Shown here: in pieces, positions 31,339 to 44,720 of the stretch
How positions within the stretch are numbered: position 1 is the stretch's first letter
How the letters are laid out: each line of letters opens with the position of its first letter
Position numbers and translations under genes: made by a program
The notes under the pieces: model-generated
The model's input: the letters and a program-made list of their open reading frames with translations, nothing else
Told to the model about the DNA's origin: nothing
The model's database searches: none
From: an uncultured Chloroflexia bacterium
Lineage (GTDB): Bacteria > Chloroflexota > Anaerolineae > Anaerolineales > UBA4823
Direction of reading: 5' to 3'
Assembly: GCA_963788305.1 (NCBI GenBank)
Contig: CAWBGK010000015.1
Span: 43,037 to 107,036 of the forward strand
Length of the DNA stretch: 64,000 nucleotides

Positions 31339-31698
31339 ATGACCGACGATAAGGATCGTGGTTTAATCCCCACCAAGGGGGGTGTTTTTAATGACCTGAC
31401 GAACCGGATCAAGCTGGTGGTTCGGCTGATGGGCGATCCGCGGGTCAGTCCCTGGGTTAAGATTCTGCCGATAGGTTCATTGATCTATTTCATTGTTCCC
31501 GACCTTGCGATTGGACCGATCGATGATGTGGCAGTTGTCTGGCTGGGTAGCTATTTGTTTGTCGAGCTTTGTCCTCCGGAAGTCGTCCAGGAACACATGG
31601 ATGCGCTCAAAGGATTGGCTCCCGGAGCATCTCAAAAGCCGAACGAACGGGACGAAGAGGTTATCGAGGGGGAGTTCTGGGAGAACAAGGATAATTGA
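31339..31698 (+). CDS. DUF1232 (YkvA-like) membrane protein
   Basis: Intact track ORF containing ..LIYFIVPDLAIGPIDDVAVVWLG... Confidence 0.6.
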   Translation: MTDDKDRGLIPTKGGVFNDLTNRIKLVVRLMGDPRVSPWVKILPIGSLIYFIVPDLAIGPIDDVAVVWLGSYLFVELCPPEVVQEHMDALKGLAPGASQKPNERDEEVIEGEFWENKDN

Positions 31699-31851
31699 TG
31701 GATTTTTGAACGCAGCTTGCTCCTCCTGAGTATTAATTGCATGCGCTGAACGACATTTATTGATCTGAAAGCGCTCTTTCCCATTCATGAACATGAAGAT
31801 CATCCCAGTTAAGTCGATGCCGGGGAAAAAGCCGGCTCATATAAGAGAAAC

Positions 31852-34463
31852 ATGAACACTAAAAATCCTGATGAATACCAGCAATACCTGCGAGAAAAGC
31901 GATTCAACGGATTGCTTTTTGGATTAATCGCCAGTTTTTGGTTCTGTGCAGGCGTCTGGGCGCTTGATTGGGCGCTGCTTGCGAGGGCGAGCGCAGATCT
32001 TCCCTGGTTGAAGTTTGTGATCGGGGCGCCTATCGTGTTGATCATCGGAGGCGCAGTCGGCTGGCTGACGGTTCGCCTCGACAACGCGGCGATCGGCGCG
32101 GTTTTATGGCTGTTTGCAGGGATGGCGTTTGTTTGGATTTCCAGCCATACCCCTTTTGAGGGCCAAACCAAAATGATCGGTATTTTGGACCCCCAATTTG
32201 CCGGCATGGAAATCTATCCATTTGTCGAGAGCGCACGGATCCGAATGATCTTGCTCTACGTTGTGGTTGGAGTCCTGACTGCAATTGGAGGAAGCCTCGA
32301 GCTTTTTTTTGTCGAATCAGCGACACGCGCTTCAGGGGTTGGGGGGCGGATATTTTCGCTGGCAACCTGCCTGGTTATCTTTTTACCGATCGGGTTATTG
32401 GTCGATAATCTGATCAATCAAACTCTGCGCAGTCCAATTGTCGGGACAGACGACCTGATTCGGTTTGGCGTAGAAGCTCGCCAGGGAAAGATTTCTAAAG
32501 AAAACCAGCGAGATTTGGGCGTGCGTGCATTAACCCCTTTCGGCGATCGGATCACGGCTCCATACAGGTTGATCCTGGGAAGCTATGACCCCGAATCATT
32601 CGAAGAAATAATTGTCCATACGGACTTCTCTGGCGACTGGGGTTCTTGTTCAGTCCTGCTTAATCGACCGATGAACTGCCGAATAAGCTCCGAGCGTTAT
32701 TTGAAGAAATTGGATTGCCTGATTATGCAAGGGACTCCAGAGGACTGCAAGCTGCACCTGGAACCCGAAAACCCGGGCATTCCGGCGGGAGTCTTCGACG
32801 AGCTGGATTCACCCCCGTTGGAATTTGGGATCCTTGGACAGCGCGGCAGTGTGATCCTGGCGGTCGTGCAGGACCAGGAGATGGATCAGGTAAAATGCAT
32901 CTTGGATGATACAGGGAATGTCACCCTGAACACCTGTATACCCATTTCAGGGGAAGCCTTTCAAGCAATCCCGCTCCCACCCACTGCTACACCACGCTCA
33001 CAAGGGTTTGTTCCAGCGCCGACTCCAGCAAAAGCTGAGCACGCAAGCACTGGAACGATGCCGGAAACTGTCCTGGCAACCCCGAATGGTTTTGATTTTT
33101 CCACGCTGGAAACTTTACCACGCTACCTACTATCGCTTGAGCTTTCCGATGATTTACAGAGCTTTGATGGAACTGCAGTTGTGACTTACACCAACACTGA
33201 GGCTGAAGCGCTGGATGGGCTATATTTCCGCTTGCTGCCGAATGGGGGTGGAAGCTATGGCGACGGCTCGCTGCACGTTAACCTCGCAACCGTCTCCGGT
33301 TTAGAGGCAGCAACTGAGCTCTCGGTGGAAGATACTGCGCTCAGAGTAGCGCTTGAACCTCCACTGAAACCGGGGGACCAGACTGAAATCCGGCTCGAAT
33401 TCGCAGGTCAGGTGCCGCTTGATTTTGGTGGAACGAAAACGCCGGCTGGATATGGGATCTATAACCTGTACCGACGATGTGCTGGCACTGTCGGGTTGGT
33501 TCCCGATTTTGGCCGTGAATGATGATGACGGCTGGAACCTTGATCCAACTTCACAAATCGGCGATTCGGTCTACAGTGAAACAGCATTTTACTCCGTCAA
33601 TATATCCCTGCCGGAGGATGTCTTGATTGCAGCGACTGGCATCGAAACCAGGCAAACAGACGGAAGACGGCCGAACGACGGTCCATTTTGAGAGCGGTCC
33701 AGCCCGTGATTTCTTCCTGATCGCCAGCCCGGATTTCGAAGTAGCAAATCAGCAGGTTGGAGCGACTACCGTAAATTCGTATTTCTTCGAAGGGTATGAA
33801 GCGGGAGGCCAAAGGGCTTTAGCCACTGCAGCGGAATCCCTCAAGATTTTCAACGAAACGTTTGGCGAGTACCCATATTCGGAATTAGATGTCGTCGCAG
33901 CGCCGATGCGCTATGCGCTGGGTGTGGAATTCCCCGAAATCGTCCTGGTCGGTGCAGACCTTTACGAGGCGCCCGAAAAACCCGAATTCGAGACGACCGT
34001 AGCGCATGAAGTTGCCCACCAGTGGTGGTACGGTGTTGTTGGAAATGATGTTTTCGACGAACCCTGGTTGGACGAAGCATTAGCGACGTACAGCACGAGC
34101 CTGTATTATGAATTTGGTGTGGGAGATGCTGCGATGCAAGGCTATCAGGATTATCTGCGAAGCCGCTACGACCGCCTTGTCCAGGAATCCGGAGATGAGC
34201 TCATCACCAACAGTCTGGAGTATTTTGAGAGCCTTGGAAAACCGGGTATTTACGGAGGAATTGTCTACGTTAAAGGCGCATTGTTCCTTCATGCTCTGCG
34301 CGCAGAGATCGGTGTTCAAGCCTTCATTCAGGCGCTCCAGAATTATTATCAAGCCAATTATCTGCAGGTGGCTCGCACGGAGGATTTGCTTTCAGCGTTT
34401 GAGGGCGCCGCGGGTCGAGAGCTGGACGGCTTTTTTCAAGATTGGCTGTATTCCAAGAATTGA
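31852..34463 (+). CDS. M1-family zinc metallopeptidase with a large N-terminal multi-TM region (two apparent frameshifts)
   Basis: Track fragments 31852..33522, 33419..33691 and 33627..34463 are involved. They contain HEVAHQWWYG (HExxH) and WLDEALATY (distal Glu). Confidence 0.75.
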
Positions 34464-34471
34464 GCGGAAGA

Positions 34472-35512
34472 ATGAGATCTATTTGGATTGTTATTCTTAA
34501 TGTTGCCTTGATCAGCTTAATGTTATTGGGTTGTTCAGGCTGTGAGCCCTTGACGACATTGCCTCAACCGAGCACCAGCACAATCCCGACGGATCCGCCA
34601 GCTGCAAGCAGAGAAGCTACACCTTTGTCAGGTTCATCTACATCTGCACCCATCGAAACGCCGGCGCCGTCTGAAACCCCCATCCCCAGCCCGACTTCAT
34701 TGGAGGTGATTCGATTTGCCGTTATCGGCGATTTCGGTCAGGGAAACCAAGCCGAAGCGGATGTGGCTAACCTGGTAAAAAGCTGGAATCCGGATTTCAT
34801 CATCACGGTTGGGGATAATAATTATCCATCCGGTTCGGCGGAGACGATCGACGCAAATATCGGGCAGTATTTCCACGAATTTATCTACCCCTATCGAGGC
34901 GCTTTCGGAAAGGGAGCTGACCAGCTTCGGTTTTTCCCGACCCTTGGGAACCATGACGTGGACACGGATCGAGGTCAGCCGTACCTGGATTATTTCGAGC
35001 TTCCAGGAAACGAGCGCTATTATTCGTTTACCTGGGGACCTGTATTCTTGCTCGCGATCAACAGCGATTTGCGCGAGCCGGACGGCGTTTCCCCCATCTC
35101 TGCCCAGGCGCAGTGGGCGCAAGCCGAACTGGAAGCGACCGATTCGCCCTGGAAAGTTGTTTATTTCCATGCTGCGCCTTACACATCTGGATACCATGGA
35201 CCGGTGGATTGGATGCGCTGGGATTTTGCTGGATGGGGCGCCTCGGTTGTGCTGAGCGGGCACGATCACGCCTACGAGCGGCTTTTGATTGATGGGCTGA
35301 CCTATATCGTGAGCGCATCAGGCGGCGGCCCAATCTACGATTTTTCGGGCGCAGCTGAAGGCAGTCAATTCCGCTACAACGATGATTATGGGGCAATCCT
35401 GGTGACGGCGGATGCACAGCAGATGACATTAGAATTCTTCAACACGAAAGGTGAACGGATCGAACTCGTTTCAGCTCACAAAATAAATCTCGCGGAACGC
35501 AAAAGCCGTTGA
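34472..35512 (+). CDS. Secreted/lipoprotein metallophosphoesterase (calcineurin-like)
   Basis: Within track ORF 34442..35512, starting at MRSIWIVILNVALISLMLLGCSGC (lipobox). Motifs present: GDFGQG, GDNNY, GNHD and GHDHAYER. Confidence 0.75.
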   Translation: MRSIWIVILNVALISLMLLGCSGCEPLTTLPQPSTSTIPTDPPAASREATPLSGSSTSAPIETPAPSETPIPSPTSLEVIRFAVIGDFGQGNQAEADVANLVKSWNPDFIITVGDNNYPSGSAETIDANIGQYFHEFIYPYRGAFGKGADQLRFFPTLGNHDVDTDRGQPYLDYFELPGNERYYSFTWGPVFLLAINSDLREPDGVSPISAQAQWAQAELEATDSPWKVVYFHAAPYTSGYHGPVDWMRWDFAGWGASVVLSGHDHAYERLLIDGLTYIVSASGGGPIYDFSGAAEGSQFRYNDDYGAILVTADAQQMTLEFFNTKGERIELVSAHKINLAERKSR

Positions 35513-35513
35513 G

Positions 35514-35542
35514 TTGACGGATTTTTCGAATAAGTGTACAAT
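35514..35542 (+). promoter_or_regulatory. Near-consensus sigma-70 promoter upstream of tRNA-Ala
   Basis: TTGACG, a 17-nt spacer, then TACAAT. Confidence 0.55.
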
Positions 35543-35564
35543 ACCGGGGCTGACTAAAGCTCAA

Positions 35565-35637
35565 GGGCCCATAGCGCAGTTGGGAGCGCGTCTCAATGGC
35601 ATTGAGAAGGCCGAGGGTTCGAATCCCTCTGGGTCCA
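35565..35637 (+). tRNA. tRNA-Ala (anticodon GGC)
   Basis: Hand-folded. The acceptor is gggccca/tgggtcc with G3-U70, the alanine identity pair. The anticodon stem tctca/tgaga encloses loop atGGCat. The T arm is gaggg-ttcgaat-ccctc. Confidence 0.85.
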
Positions 35638-35648
35638 CACAATCCAAT

Positions 35649-35679
35649 CCTAGCGGTCAGCTATTGGCTGACCGCTAGG
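35649..35679 (+). other. Perfect 13-bp hairpin between tRNA-Ala and the Leu T-box (no U-tract)
   Basis: cctagcggtcagc-tattg-gctgaccgctagg. Confidence 0.6.
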
Positions 35680-35684
35680 AGATT

Positions 35685-35999
35685 CTACGGCCAAAGCAGG
35701 AGTACTAAGCCATCTGCCAGAGATCCGGGTGGATCAGGTGCAAACCCGGAAACGTGCACGCAGAGCACACGCTCGATCTGGGCTGAACTCGCCTGCTGCC
35801 CTATCCAAATTGGAACCTGGGCAGGCTCCGCCAGTGAAAACGATTTCAGGTTTCTGATAACGGTATAGCCAGCGGCGGGTTTCGCCCGTTAACGCGAACC
35901 AGAGCGGCCCGGGTTAATCCATTTGATTGGTTTCAAAGGGCAAGCAGGGTGGCACCACGGAGATTTCCTCCGTCCCTGAGGGATGGAGGCTTTTTGTTT
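35685..35999 (+). promoter_or_regulatory. T-box riboswitch leader (Leu, specifier CUC) with terminator, upstream of the first leuS
   Basis: AGGAGTA GA-motif and an AGAGA bulge are present. The specifier context GAA-CTC-G is at 35785-35791, directly before the base helix (gcagg/cctgc). The T-box sequence AAGCAGGGTGGCACCACGG is at 35942-35960. The terminator cctccgtccc..gggatggagg plus ctttttgttt is at 35967-35999. Confidence 0.8.
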
Positions 36000-36022
36000 A
36001 AACGTCTGTAAGGAGGTGCAAG

Positions 36023-38509
<2,487 letters not shown>

Positions 38510-38528
38510 ATCGGAGAATCTATAAAAG

Positions 38529-38915
38529 ATGCCTTTTCGATGTCCGCAATGCCAAACACCTGACTCTCTTGATATCGTTCAATCCATGGAACTGCCTCCA
38601 GACAGGCAGTATGATGAGATATCGCTCCAGGTCGTAGGCTGCTCTGCCTGTTCATTTCGCGCTCTGGCAGTCTACGAAGAGCTGGTTCACGGGTCCGAAG
38701 CCGAATCCTGGCGGCATATGGGTTTCAGGATCAGCCGCGATGCGGTCGATACGATCCTTGAAGCGATGCTCTCCTGCCCCGATCCTCATAACCCGCGCTG
38801 TGCATGTTCTGCGCATATGAGCCTGGGAGAGCAGGATATGTATGGAATCTGGCGAGGCTTGCTTGAGCTGGAGCGCGGCCAATCCTTTGCAATGCGGCTG
38901 CATCATGGGAAGTGA
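38529..38915 (+). CDS. Zinc-ribbon protein of unknown function
   Basis: Intact 128-aa track ORF with CPQC..(31 aa)..CSAC plus a C-terminal [11 protein letters not shown]. It starts 20 nt after leuS copy 1 and ends about 80 nt before leuS copy 2. Confidence 0.55.
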   Translation: MPFRCPQCQTPDSLDIVQSMELPPDRQYDEISLQVVGCSACSFRALAVYEELVHGSEAESWRHMGFRISRDAVDTILEAMLSCPDPHNPRCACSAHMSLGEQDMYGIWRGLLELERGQSFAMRLHHGK

Positions 38916-38995
38916 TGATTTTTGAGCTACTAACGCTATCACAGCGATTTCGACACTCGCTTAGAAACGCTGAACGATCTGAATATGGAGAAAGA

Positions 38996-41767
38996 ATGAC
39001 GACACTACAATATGAATTTAGCGACATTGAATCCCGCTGGCAAAAACGATGGGAGACGGATGGATTATACGACTCGAACATCGACCCCACCCGGCCGAAA
39101 CATTATGCGCTGACGATGCTGCCGTACCCTTCGGGTGATCTTCACATCGGTCACTGGTATGCGATGGCTCCTGCCGATGCCCGTGCTCGATTTATGAGGA
39201 TGCGCGGCTACAATGTGCTCTTTCCGATGGGGTTTGACGCGTTCGGCCTGCCTGCCGAAAACGCAGCCATCAAGCGTGGAATCCACCCCAAGGAATGGAC
39301 TTATGAAAATATCAGCAAAATGCGCGTCCAGTTCAGAACGATGGGGACGATGTTTGATTGGCGCCGGGAAGCGGTCTCTGCAGATCCGAAATACTACCGC
39401 TGGTCGCAGTGGTTTTTCTCGCAGCTTTACCGCCACAACCTGGCTTACCGCAAGCTGTCGCCGGTAGATTGGTGCCCGAACTGCAACACGACATTGGCTC
39501 GCGAACAAGTGTGGGGGGATGACCGGCATTGCGAGCGCTGCGGGACTCCGGTCATCAAGAAAGACCTCGTGCAGTGGTTCTTCCGGACGACGAATTATGC
39601 GGATGAGCTGCTGGATTTTTCCCAGATCGACTGGCCGGAGCGGGTGAGGACGCTTCAAACCAACTGGATTTCACGTTCGGAAGGGGCGTCGGTGGTGTTT
39701 TCATCTGAACAGGGTGATCCTCTGGAGGTTTTCACAACACGCCCTGATACCCTGTGGGGGGCGACCTTCATGGTACTTGCGCCGGAACATCCTCTGGTCA
39801 GCAAGATCGTGACGGAGGAGCAGAGACCTGGTGTAGAAGGAATACATCGCTCAGGCAACCCGCCAGACGGACATCCAGCGTGAGGCGGCTGAGAAAGAGA
39901 AGACGGGGTTCTTCACCGGCGGTTATGCGATCAACCCTGTGAACCAGCAGCGCATCCCGATCTGGATTGCCGACTACGTGCTGATGACCTATGGGACGGG
40001 TGCGATCATGGCTGTTCCCGCACACGACGAGCGGGATTTTGCGTTTGCGTTGAAATTCGGACTGCCGATCATCCCTGTGATCGATCGCCCGGACCGCCTG
40101 ACCAAATCGTTCGTCCGCGCAGGATCCACGAAATCCGGCTTTGTTCGAAACCCTGAAAGAAGCAGGATTTGAACCGGAGAACGGTCAGGGATGGCATCCG
40201 GATCGTCATTCCACACGATCTAAAAGACCAGTTTATCTTTATTTCAAGACGGTTTCTGAATCCAGAGGCCTGGATCGAGGTCGTAGGCAGCGGTTGGGAA
40301 TTCATCTTCTGCGATGGCGTCTGGAGCTGGAATTCGATCAATGCCGACCAGAAAATCATGAGCCGCTGCCGGGAGCTGATGGCGGGGATGGCTGATCATC
40401 GGACTGTGATGGAAATGCTCTGGGAAAATGATTGGTATCGCGATGTGCTCTACCATAATCAGTATGGAATGATGATCCACTCGGGGGATTTCTCTGGCAC
40501 CCCGGGCGATGCTGCCAAGCGCAAGGTCACGGAATGGTTGGAATACCAGGGGATTGGCAAGGGAGCGGTGAACTACCGCCTGAGAGATTGGTTGATCAGC
40601 CGACAGCGGTATTGGGGCGCGCCAATCCCGATCGTCTACTGCCCGGATCATGGTGCGGTTTCGGTCCCGGACGATCAGCTGCCGGTTCTGCTGCCGGATG
40701 ATGTCGAGTGGCGTCCAACCGGCGAGAGCCCGCTGAAGCTCCACCCCAGCTGGAAGATTACGATCTGTCCGATCTGCGGGAAGACGGCGGAGCGTGAAAC
40801 CGACACGATGGACACTTTTATGTGCTCTTCCTGGTACCATCTGCGCTATCTCAGCCCGGATTATGACCTCGGTCCGTTTGACCCGGTCGAATATGACTAT
40901 TGGATGCCAGTCGACACCTACACCGGAGGGATCGAGCACGCCACGATGCACCTGATCTACACGCGCTTCTTCCACAAAGCCGGGCGGGATATGGGGATCA
41001 TGAAGGGCTCGGAGCCGATGACCCAGCTTCGAAATCAGGGCATCATCCTCGGCGAGGATTCGGAAAAGATGTCCAAGAGCCGCGGCAACGTGATTGCACC
41101 AGATAAGCTGGTGAACCGCTACGGCGCGGATACCGTGCGGGCCTATTTGATGTTCTTTGCGCGCTGGGAGATGGGCGGGCCATGGAACAGCAGCGGGATT
41201 GAAGGCTCTGCCCGCTGGGTCCGGCGGGTCTGGGCGCTGTTTACGGAACCAGCCCCACAGGGCAGACCGGATGCCGAGGTGCTGCGTGGGCTGCGTCGAA
41301 AAACTCACCAGACGCTCAAGCGCGTCACCCATGACTATGATACGTTCGAGTTCAACACGATCATCTCGAGCTTGATGGAGCTGCTGAATGAAATGTATAA
41401 GGCGCGCGAGCTTGGGGCAGCTGGCTCGGACGAATGGCGGGAAACCCAGGACCTGTTCCTGCGCATGATGGCTCCCTCCTGCCCGCATATTGCCGAAGAG
41501 CTCTGGGCACGAATCGGAAAGCGATATTCCATCCATCTGCAGCCCTGGCCGGAGGCGGACGAAGCGGCCGCGGCTGAAGAGCAGATCACCCTTGTCCTGC
41601 AAATCAACGGTAAGGTGCGGGACCGGATCCAGGTGCCGGCCGATATCAGCGAGGAAAAAACCAGGGAGATCGCCCTCGCAAGCGAGGCGGTCCAGAAATA
41701 TCTGGGCGGAAAAGAGCCTCGCAAGGTGATCCTGGTGCCAGGGAGACTGGTCAATATCGTCCTGTAA
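38996..41767 (+). CDS. leuS: Leucine--tRNA ligase, copy 2 (divergent type with an extra ~110-125-aa insertion; three apparent frameshifts near 39838, 40140, 40189)
   Basis: ATG at 38996 after GGAG gives [20 protein letters not shown]. Track fragments 38912..39883, 39939..40172, 40141..40395 and 40169..41767 are involved. Motifs present: [59 protein letters not shown] and KMSKSRGN. Confidence 0.85.
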
Positions 41768-41774
41768 TCATTCG

Positions 41775-41807
41775 GCGGGTTGGAGCGTTTTTTTTGCTCC
41801 AACCCGC
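41775..41807 (+). terminator. 12-bp hairpin after leuS copy 2 (T-rich loop, no 3' U-tract)
   Basis: gcgggttggagc-gtttttttt-gctccaacccgc. Confidence 0.4.
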
Positions 41808-41950
41808 AAGCTTCGATTATGAAAAATGCAAGGTTAAGCCCCAGTTCTTACCATCTCTGGAAGACTACCCGTATAATAAAAACGAAAGGTTGTGGGCAGA
41901 AATCCGCCCGGAAAAGCTGGGGGTGAACCTATTCGCATCGGAGGGTAGCG

Positions 41951-42830
41951 TTGGAAAGCTTACAGGTTTTAATCATCGAAGATGATATTGACACTGCTAA
42001 CTTTTTCAGTGTTGTGCTGAGCCTGGTAGGCTTTGAGTGCGAGATCGTCCATTCCGCAAAAATGGCGCTCACACGCCTCGCTGCGACCCAACCTGACATG
42101 ATCCTGTTGGATATGCGCCTGGGTGTTGAGATCGGCGGAGAGGATATCCTCTACCAGATCCGCTCCAATCCGCGCCTGGATCAAACCCGTGTGATCGTGA
42201 TCACTGCCTATCCCTCGATGGCTGAACCGGTTACAAACCTGGCAGACCTGATCCTGTTAAAACCAGTCGAAGTGGACCAGCTCAAGACTTTGGCAAGCCG
42301 TCTTTCGCTGCGCGGCGATCAAGCTCGACGGAACATGTTCCGCGACCCGGTGACCGATCTCTTCAACCAGGAATTCTTCCTCACCCGACTGGAGCTGGCT
42401 TTCGAGCGGTTCCGCCGCCGACCAGATTTCATCTTCGCTCTGCAAGTCTTCACTGTCAGAGTGCAGTCCCTGAACAACGGGAATACTCTCGAGCAGGATC
42501 TTGACGCCGTGCTGCGTCAGCTAGCCGATCGTCTGCGCCGGTGTTACCGCCCGACGGATACGATCGCCCGGCTGGACAGGGACAAATTCATCACGCTGCA
42601 CGAGGACCTGAAGCATACGGACGATATTCGCGTGATCGTCTACCGATTGCATGAGAGGCCTGTCCCCGCCATTTACTGTGGGCGACCATAACTACGCCGT
42701 CCAGTTCACCGTAGGAGCAGCCGTCAACAATGCTGATTACTACCAGCCGAAAGACCTGATCGATGCCGCCTCCCGGGCGATGGGAAACGCCCAGCGGATC
42801 GGGGAAGACCAGATCGTATTCAGCAGATAA
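41951..42830 (+). CDS. Response-regulator receiver + degenerate GGDEF domain protein (one apparent frameshift near 42660)
   Basis: The REC domain (LIIEDD..DMILLDMRL..) is followed by ..RDPVTDLFNQEFF.. and ARLDRDKFITL in place of the GGDEF signature. The corrected tail ..QPKDLIDAASRAMGNAQRIGEDQIVFSR ends at TAA 42830. Confidence 0.7.
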
Positions 42831-42857
42831 TCTGGTCTGAAAAGCAGGTCCCATACC

Positions 42858-43433
42858 TCATCTATCTGCAAAATCAATTTGATCGGTCAGGCGCAGCTCA
42901 ACCCCGGCTGCGCTTAACTTTTCGTTCCACTCCGCGATGATCAGTGCTGCTTGACGGTGGTAATTGCTGTGGGCGTCGCTGGCCAGGATGACCCGGTATC
43001 CAAGCCTGACTGCGTCCAGGCAGCCGGCCTTGACGCAGCCTTGCGACACCAGGCCGGACACCACAATCGACTTAACGCCCAGCGAGTCAAGCTGACTCTT
43101 TAAGGAAGTCTTCTCGAACGAGCTGGCGTGACATTTGCGGATATGAAGATCAGTTTCGTGCAGGACCAGAGCAGGGTGGAGGAGCCAATCGGGGCTGTCT
43201 TCTTTCAAAAAACTTTCATTCGAATGCTGGACGACGACGACCGGCACCTTAGCCAGATGGGCACGTTCCATCAGAGCGTTAATGTTTTTTAGCAGCATTT
43301 CCGTCTGGTAGATTGGGGAGGTCCTTTTAAACAGCCCGCGCTGGACGTCGATCACCAAAAGAGCAGCATCCGAATATTTCTCCTTCTGATGAAGGGGTGT
43401 GCGAACTTTCAACCATTGCGACCTGCCTTTCAA
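42858..43433 (-). CDS. Isochorismatase-family cysteine hydrolase
   Basis: Intact 191-aa track ORF containing ..AALLVIDVQRG.. and ..VVSGLVSQGCVKA... Confidence 0.75.
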   Translation of the reverse strand: MKGRSQWLKVRTPLHQKEKYSDAALLVIDVQRGLFKRTSPIYQTEMLLKNINALMERAHLAKVPVVVVQHSNESFLKEDSPDWLLHPALVLHETDLHIRKCHASSFEKTSLKSQLDSLGVKSIVVSGLVSQGCVKAGCLDAVRLGYRVILASDAHSNYHRQAALIIAEWNEKLSAAGVELRLTDQIDFADR

Positions 43434-43457
43434 GCTGGGAGCACAATTATCCCCTTA

Positions 43458-43944
43458 CTATTTATTCCTGAACCACTGGTACAGGATGAAATCCTGATCG
43501 AAGGTTGGAGCACCAAACGCCTGCAGAGCCCGCAGCACCTGGGCACGGTGGTCTGTGCCGTGGTTTCCCAGGTGGAGCAGAACCTGCCAGGCCGGTCCGT
43601 ACAGCCCTGGCGGCGTGCCCAGTGCTTTAGCCTCATCCAAGGTGCGAACGTAATCCAGCAGCTCGGTTCGCAATGGATTCCCAGAACTCATATGCCGCCG
43701 GAATGGTCGGGTAGCCGGCAGGATCCACGTTGTATGAGCGAGCATCCGGCTCTCCATTCAGACCGAGCAGCCAACGTGCATCCACGACTGCCATATGGAT
43801 CATCAGGTTTCGTATAGAGCCGTGCGGGCATTCGCTCGATGCCGTAAACTGCGCATCCGTGATCTGACGGATGCTCTCCCAGACTGCGCGGGTCATCGCT
43901 TCATTGTATTTCAGATAAGATTGGAGCAGCTCGATAACAGCCAT
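43458..43944 (-). CDS. DinB-family protein (one apparent frameshift)
   Basis: Track ORFs 43633..43944 and 43458..43757, containing ..LLHLGNHGTDHRAQV... Confidence 0.65.
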
Positions 43945-44011
43945 GCTGACCTCCTTTGATTGGTTGATCCTTTATGGTTCATTGGAAATTTCGTGATTAT
44001 GCGGAAGATGA

Positions 44012-44284
44012 TCAAGCCGTACTTTCCTGGATCCAGCGAAGATAAGGCTCGAAACCCGCTTCCACAGGGATCAGGATGATTTCCGGGACGGCATAGCCGT
44101 GGCGGTTTCGAATGAAACCTTCAATTCGGTCGTAAAGGCTGCGCCGGGTCTTGAGCAGGAGCAGGTATTCTTTTCCAATCTGTTTATGACCTTCCCAGAT
44201 GTAATGACTGGTGATCTCTATAATCTGGACGCAGGCTGCCAGCTTTTCTTCGACGATCGCGGCTGCCAACCGGTTCGCGCTCAT
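44012..44284 (-). CDS. cutA: Divalent-cation tolerance protein CutA (N-terminus probably extends about 35 nt upstream through a frameshift)
   Basis: Track ORF reading ..EEKLAACVQII..SHYIWEGHKQ..EYLLLLKT..HGYAVPEIILIPVEAG..YLRWI... Confidence 0.75.
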   Translation of the reverse strand: MSANRLAAAIVEEKLAACVQIIEITSHYIWEGHKQIGKEYLLLLKTRRSLYDRIEGFIRNRHGYAVPEIILIPVEAGFEPYLRWIQESTA

Positions 44285-44398
44285 TCAGATCGTCGATTGT
44301 TGTCATCACCACGCAGTATTCACGATTTGTTGACAACCCGGCCTCCTTGTTAAAATTGAAGTTGGATCAGACAGCGTAATTATTTTAATTGATAGGGG

Positions 44399-44716
44399 TC
44401 AGGCATTCGTTTTCACCCGAACCTCATAATGCTGTGATCTGGAATCGAAGCGTTTCAGGATCGCTTGTGCTTTTGCAGGGACGACCGCGGTTTCGTAATC
44501 TTCTCCGGCAAAAATGCGAATGGAATTCAGCGAATTGAACCACATCTCGGTGATAAATTCGGTTTCATCAGCCAACTCTCGACGAAGCAGATGGATGCCA
44601 TGATAGCCGGGTATATTTCTTTCCTGTATCCCGGTGAAGATTTCTTGTTTTAGAAGGGTTTCGTATGGATCAGCGTTTTCCGGGGTTGTGTATCCGTGCC
44701 AGATCCGGCAAATCAT
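44399..44716 (-). CDS. ABM (antibiotic biosynthesis monooxygenase-like) small protein
   Basis: Intact 105-aa track ORF with a family-typical beginning, MICRIWHGYTTPENADPYE... Confidence 0.55.
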   Translation of the reverse strand: MICRIWHGYTTPENADPYETLLKQEIFTGIQERNIPGYHGIHLLRRELADETEFITEMWFNSLNSIRIFAGEDYETAVVPAKAQAILKRFDSRSQHYEVRVKTNA

Positions 44717-44720
44717 CTTC

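Noticed and set aside
35439-35642. 67-aa minus-strand ORF
   Set aside because: It overlaps the tRNA-Ala gene and its promoter, and the tRNA fold is unambiguous.
40244-41602. 452-aa minus-strand ORF
   Set aside because: It is antisense to leuS copy 2, has no motif and has shadow-ORF composition.
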